DNA of 9,709 nucleotides from positions 1-9,709 of the forward strand of contig JAEOSI010000069.1 of the NCBI GenBank assembly GCA_016840425.1, read 5' to 3'. The notes beneath the pieces are model-generated. The model did no database searches and was not told the DNA's origin. It saw nothing but the letters and a program-made list of their open reading frames with translations. Below are positions 5,939 to 9,709 of the stretch, piece by piece (the stretch's first letter is position 1; each line of letters starts with the position of its first letter). The position numbers were made by a program, and so were the translations under genes. Source of the stretch: Candidatus Wukongarchaeum yapensis (GTDB lineage: Archaea; Asgardarchaeota; Wukongarchaeia; Wukongarchaeales; Wukongarchaeaceae).

Positions 5939-6910
5939 TTAGAAAGGGTTGTTAAGCTCATCAAGTTCAAAATCTGACCGGGCTACATAAGATATATATC
6001 CTTTATTTGAAGCCTTCGTCAAATAATCGTCTATTCTATGCTTATTCTCTCCAAAGTACCCTGTACCATCATCAACATAATCCACAGAGAAAACAACCTT
6101 ATCCGCACCACTTATATCATCCAAATATTGGATTCTTTCCTCTACATCACTAGAGGGCAGAGGAGTTATACCATCATACCATATCGACTCAACTCCTATC
6201 CCCGATATTGTTTCCAAATACGAACCATCCGCATCGTAATCCAATATTCTCTCTCCATTTTGAGGTATTATGTAAAAGCCCGCTTTACCTTTTTCATCCC
6301 TGCAATAGGAGGCAATCTCTACGAGAAAATCTATCATTCTCCCTGCAGTTTCTTTCTCAGAAGGATGTATATCTTCGCCATTATCAGGGTCACTCCAATA
6401 TTCAAATCCGTCTATGATGTCAAGGTAAACGCCTAAGAAGCCTTGATTTATGACCTTGTCTAAGTATTCTTTTACGATCGTTTTCCATCTCTCTTCCCAG
6501 TACTTTACTTTGTAATTACCTACCCATTCAGTGTTCTCTTTTCCTAACCAACTTGGTGGATTTTTGTTCCATTCATCTTGCCAATAAAAACGATAATCTT
6601 CAGCTTCTCCGATGCTGATATATGCAATAGGTATTATGCCGTTTTCTTCTATATTATTGATCTCTTCAAGCGTGTATTTGTTTTCCTCTGTCCCGTCAGC
6701 GGAGTAGTCCATAACTATTAAGTCGAAATCTGAACTAGCAATCAGGTCTGGATCAGCGTCTTGAAGCTGGTATACCCAGCTTTCAACATCGACAAGCGGT
6801 TGATCTTGTATATCGTAGCTATAATCATTACCGTTTTTATAGTGAGTGTAGGCCATGAAAGCGGATAAAGTAGCTACCATTATCACTGCTAATGTTATTA
6901 TTTTCTTCAT
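5939..6910 (-). CDS. Secreted GH114-family glycoside hydrolase (MJ1477/TM1410-type, putative endo-alpha-1,4-galactosaminidase)
   Basis: N-terminal signal/anchor (MKKIITLAVIMVATLSAF), WVYQLQ, AYISIGEAEDYRFYW, ENTEWVGNYKVKYW, GVYLDIIDGFEY, IIPQNG and GIGVES. Very acidic. GGAGG RBS upstream. Confidence 0.88.
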   Translation of the reverse strand: MKKIITLAVIMVATLSAFMAYTHYKNGNDYSYDIQDQPLVDVESWVYQLQDADPDLIASSDFDLIVMDYSADGTEENKYTLEEINNIEENGIIPIAYISIGEAEDYRFYWQDEWNKNPPSWLGKENTEWVGNYKVKYWEERWKTIVKEYLDKVINQGFLGVYLDIIDGFEYWSDPDNGEDIHPSEKETAGRMIDFLVEIASYCRDEKGKAGFYIIPQNGERILDYDADGSYLETISGIGVESIWYDGITPLPSSDVEERIQYLDDISGADKVVFSVDYVDDGTGYFGENKHRIDDYLTKASNKGYISYVARSDFELDELNNPF

Positions 6911-7003
6911 TTTTAGGACTGCCCTCCAAAAACCTCCTTAATTTAAAATTATTAGAGAAAATATAAAAATTACTGGGAGAGGAAGGGGTTGTTTAAAGAT
7001 TTT

Positions 7004-8188
7004 TTAGTTTTTGAGGGCTAGGGTTTTTTGGTAGAGGTTTAGGGTTTTTTTTGCTATGTTTTCCCAGCTGAACTCTTTTCTTGCTTTTTCTTTTGCTTTT
7101 TTTGCTATTTTTTTTGATAAGAGTTTGTCTTCAAGGAGAATTATTATGCCTTCTGCTAAAGCTTTTGGGTTTCTTGGCTCTACTAAGTAACTTGTGGTAA
7201 GGTGTTCTGTTATCTCTCTTATACCGTTTATATTTGTGGCGATGACTGGTTTTTCCATGGCCATTGCTTCCATTACGAGGACTGAGGTTGCTTCCACGAT
7301 ACTTGGCACTGCTACTATGTCTGCTGCAGCCATGTAGTTTGGGATTTTTTCGTGGGGTAAGCTTCCCAAAAAAAGGATGTCTTCGCCTATTTTGAGCCCT
7401 AAATCTTTTGCTTTTTTTACGAGTTTTTGTTTTTCCGGTCCTTCTCCTATGATTACGAACCTTACCTTGTGTCGTTTTAAAACTATTGGAGCGCTCTCTA
7501 CCAGATATTTTACGCCACATTTTGGGACAAGACGCCTTGCAGTCATTATTATTGGAAGATCCCTTGGAATGGCGTCTGTTAGGGGTTTATTGGGAAAAAA
7601 TCGGTTTAGGTTTACTCCGTTGAATATGACGTGAACTTTTTCTTTTCCTACGCCCCATTCTACAACTTTTTTTGCGAAAGAGGATTCTGTGTGGATTTGA
7701 GCATCTACAAGCTTTCCCACGAGGGTTGCTATTATTCTTTCTGCTGCTTTGTATACTCTTGCTTTTCTTTTACTTCTTAGAAGATGCCATACTTCGTAGT
7801 AGGAACCATGGATCGTGTTTATGCTAACTGCATGTTTTAGTTTTCCTACGAGGTAAGCTGTTAGACCTGCTGTGTATATATGTCCATGAATTATGTCAAA
7901 TCTTTCTTGGAAACCGAGAATTTTTTGAACAGCTAGAGGTGGAAAGAGTAGCTGTCTTGTAAAGGTTAGAACATCCGGATTCCAAGTTCTTTTCATCAAT
8001 CCAAATTTTTCTGTCCGAATTACGCGTATTCCATCAATCCAAACTTCTTTTTTTGTGTGAGGAGTGTTTCCTGTAAGAAAAGTCACACTTTGACCCATTC
8101 TTACCAAAGCTTTTGAAAGCTCAACAATGTGAACCTCTACACCTCCTGTAAAAAAAGCATCATCCAAGGGACCTAATTCGTAAGCCAT
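7004..8188 (-). CDS. Glycosyltransferase family 4 (GT-B, retaining)
   Basis: GGVEVHIVEL, IIHGH, FNGVNL, ARRLVPKCG, and the Ex7E motif in VPSIVEATSVLVMEAMAMEKPVIAT; FSWENIA near the C-terminus. The true start may be a few codons upstream (CTG at 8200; see findings). Confidence 0.93.
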   Translation of the reverse strand: MAYELGPLDDAFFTGGVEVHIVELSKALVRMGQSVTFLTGNTPHTKKEVWIDGIRVIRTEKFGLMKRTWNPDVLTFTRQLLFPPLAVQKILGFQERFDIIHGHIYTAGLTAYLVGKLKHAVSINTIHGSYYEVWHLLRSKRKARVYKAAERIIATLVGKLVDAQIHTESSFAKKVVEWGVGKEKVHVIFNGVNLNRFFPNKPLTDAIPRDLPIIMTARRLVPKCGVKYLVESAPIVLKRHKVRFVIIGEGPEKQKLVKKAKDLGLKIGEDILFLGSLPHEKIPNYMAAADIVAVPSIVEATSVLVMEAMAMEKPVIATNINGIREITEHLTTSYLVEPRNPKALAEGIIILLEDKLLSKKIAKKAKEKARKEFSWENIAKKTLNLYQKTLALKN

Positions 8189-8312
8189 GAGGATGTTCAG
8201 CGTGCATTTAACCTCCTAAAAAGCCAAAGACGAAGATTTTAAATCTTTTTTTGGGATCTTTTAAAGTATACAAGTAAAAGAAAGATAGTGTTGTTTTGCT
8301 TCTTAGTGTTAG

Positions 8313-8320
8313 TTTTATAA
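8313..8320 (+). promoter_or_regulatory. Candidate TATA box (TTTTATAA) for a leaderless methyltransferase transcript
   Basis: Ends 25 nt before the GTG at 8346, the spacing expected for a leaderless archaeal mRNA. Confidence 0.4.
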
Positions 8321-8345
8321 CTAAATAAAAGTATGGTGAGAAGAA

Positions 8346-9194
8346 GTGAGGGGTGAAAAAAACAGGATTTACCTCATGGATTGTTTAGAAGGTATGAAGA
8401 CGCTCTTAGACCCAGAAGAGGTTGATGTTATAGTTACCTCTCCTCCATACAACATAGGGGTGGAGTACAACAAGTATGATGATACCATTCCAAGGGAGAA
8501 TTATTTAAACTGGATGGAGGAAGTTGCCAAAGAATGTAAAAGGGTTTTGAAACGTGAAGGTTCTTTCTTCTTAAATATAGGACACAAACCTACAGATCTT
8601 TGGGTTCCTTGGGAGGTTGCTTTTACACTAAGGAAATATTTTACGCTTCAGAACGTAATTACTTGGGTTAAGTCTATAGCTATCCAGAAAGAGGATGTTG
8701 GGAAATATCCGAATATTAAGGGAGATATAACTGTTGGTCATTACAAGCCTATCGGCGGGGAGCGTTTCCTAAATGACTGCTTTGAATATATATTCCACTT
8801 TACGAAGTCTGGTGATGTTAAGCTTAACAGGTTAGCTATAGGCGTTCCATATCAAGATAAATCCAATATCGGAAGATGGAAGTCTGCAACCAAAGACTTA
8901 AGATGCAGGGGGAACACATGGTTCATTCCCTATGAAACGATAAAGTATAAGCACAAAGAGAGACCGCATCCCTCCACGTTTCCACCAAAGTTACCCATGA
9001 TGTGCATAGAGCTACATGGATTAAATAAGACAGATCTTGTTTTAGACCCGTTCATAGGTATAGGGAACACAGCCATAGCATGTATGAAACTTGGTGTGAA
9101 TTACATAGGTTTCGAGATAGATGAAATATACGTTAAGATAGCTGAACAAAGGATTAGAGGAAAACTCCTATATTATGCGAGCGAAACTCTCTAA
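8346..9194 (+). CDS. Site-specific DNA methyltransferase, beta class, probably N4-cytosine (N6-adenine not excluded); no adjacent restriction enzyme
   Basis: Catalytic motif IV VTSPPYN near the N-terminus, HPSTFP, and SAM-binding motif [12 protein letters not shown] plus GFEID near the C-terminus, which is the beta-class motif order. Confidence 0.92.
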   Translation: MRGEKNRIYLMDCLEGMKTLLDPEEVDVIVTSPPYNIGVEYNKYDDTIPRENYLNWMEEVAKECKRVLKREGSFFLNIGHKPTDLWVPWEVAFTLRKYFTLQNVITWVKSIAIQKEDVGKYPNIKGDITVGHYKPIGGERFLNDCFEYIFHFTKSGDVKLNRLAIGVPYQDKSNIGRWKSATKDLRCRGNTWFIPYETIKYKHKERPHPSTFPPKLPMMCIELHGLNKTDLVLDPFIGIGNTAIACMKLGVNYIGFEIDEIYVKIAEQRIRGKLLYYASETL

Positions 9195-9246
9195 ATATGT
9201 TCTCTCTATATGAATTGTTAGCTTGGTTTTCTTAGGGGTCTTTTAG

Positions 9247-9709
9247 TTGGTTTTAAAGGGTGTTTCTATTGTTATTCCTGCTTGTAATGAAGTTTCTACG
9301 GTTAGGGATGTTGTGAACGATGTTGTAAATGTGGTTTCTCGTATTTCTGGCATCTCTTTTTTTGAGGTTATTCTGGTTGATGATGGGTCTACGGATGGTA
9401 CTTTTGAAGTTGTCAAGGATCTTGGTGTAGTTGTCTTAAGGAATAAGGTTAATAGGGGTAAGGGTTATTCTTTAAGAAGGGGCTTTAAGAGGGCTAGGGG
9501 GAAGGTAATTGTCACCCTCGATGCTGATGGATCTCATTTCCCTGAAGATTTGCCATTGGTTCTTACTCCCCTATTAAAGGGAGAGGTTGATATGGTTATA
9601 GGGTCAAGGTTTGGGCATAAACAAGCTTTTTTCACCCGTGCCCTTAATATTGCTGGGAACTCCTTGTTTAACATCTTTTTTTACATTCTTACGGGTAGGA
9701 GGTTTTCTG
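9247..9709 (+). CDS. Glycosyltransferase family 2 (DPM/polyprenol-phosphate glycosyltransferase-like); runs off the right edge
   Basis: Not in the ORF track; translated by hand from TTG at 9247, directly after an in-frame TAG: (M)VLKGVSIVIPACNE...EVILVDDGSTDGT...NRGKGYSLRRGF...VTLDADGSHFPEDL...DMVIGSRF. It has the DDGSTD and DxD motifs; GGGG RBS-like run upstream. Confidence 0.93.
   Translation, partial: MVLKGVSIVIPACNEVSTVRDVVNDVVNVVSRISGISFFEVILVDDGSTDGTFEVVKDLGVVVLRNKVNRGKGYSLRRGFKRARGKVIVTLDADGSHFPEDLPLVLTPLLKGEVDMVIGSRFGHKQAFFTRALNIAGNSLFNIFFYILTGRRFS

Noticed and set aside
5198-6910. The membrane pair or GH114 as exosortase substrates
   Set aside because: A and B end in TM+basic residues but have no signal peptide or ectodomain; GH114 ends in ELDELNNPF with no C-terminal TM helix.
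5939-6910. Cysteinyl-tRNA synthetase annotation for the MJ1477-like protein
   Set aside because: A historical misassignment of this family; the signal peptide and GH114 motifs indicate a secreted hydrolase.
6038-7634. ORFs 6038-6436, 6208-6417, 7131-7520 and 7377-7634
   Set aside because: Antisense or alternate-frame overlaps of GH114 and GT4 with no independent support.
8333-8356. Out-of-frame ATG uORF (MVRRSEG) overlapping the methyltransferase start
   Set aside because: TATA spacing predicts transcription starting near GTG 8346, downstream of this ATG.
1-9709. CRISPR array, tRNA/rRNA, IS element or prophage
   Set aside because: I saw no regularly spaced repeats, tRNA-like cloverleafs, terminal inverted repeats, transposase or integrase; all intergenic gaps are under 250 nt.

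Overview
AT-rich archaeal chromosomal window with archaeal-type TATA boxes, GGAGG/GGTG ribosome-binding sites and several GTG/TTG starts. Left to right: a truncated MNT nucleotidyltransferase (HEPN/MNT antitoxin type, -); radA (-) head-to-head with a compact metallo-beta-lactamase/beta-CASP nuclease carrying eukaryotic SNM1/Pso2/Apollo/Artemis-type motifs (+); then a cell-surface glycan block with an exosortase/archaeosortase, a UDP-HexNAc 6-dehydrogenase, two tandem paralogous 2-TM proteins, a secreted GH114 (MJ1477/TM1410-type) hydrolase and a GT4 (all -); a solitary beta-class DNA methyltransferase (+); and a truncated GT2 (+). The RadA has Rad51-like motifs (GEFRTGKTQ, DSPCLPE), which suggests an Asgard-like host (inference). 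The best candidate for an undescribed system is the divergent RadA/SNM1-like nuclease pair, a possible archaeal crosslink/end-processing repair module. Also notable: the unannotated paralogous membrane-protein pair, the sortase-linked glycan locus, and a strong 5' G/T to 3' A/C third-codon-position gradient in several genes. Family comparisons are from remembered motifs; no database search was run.
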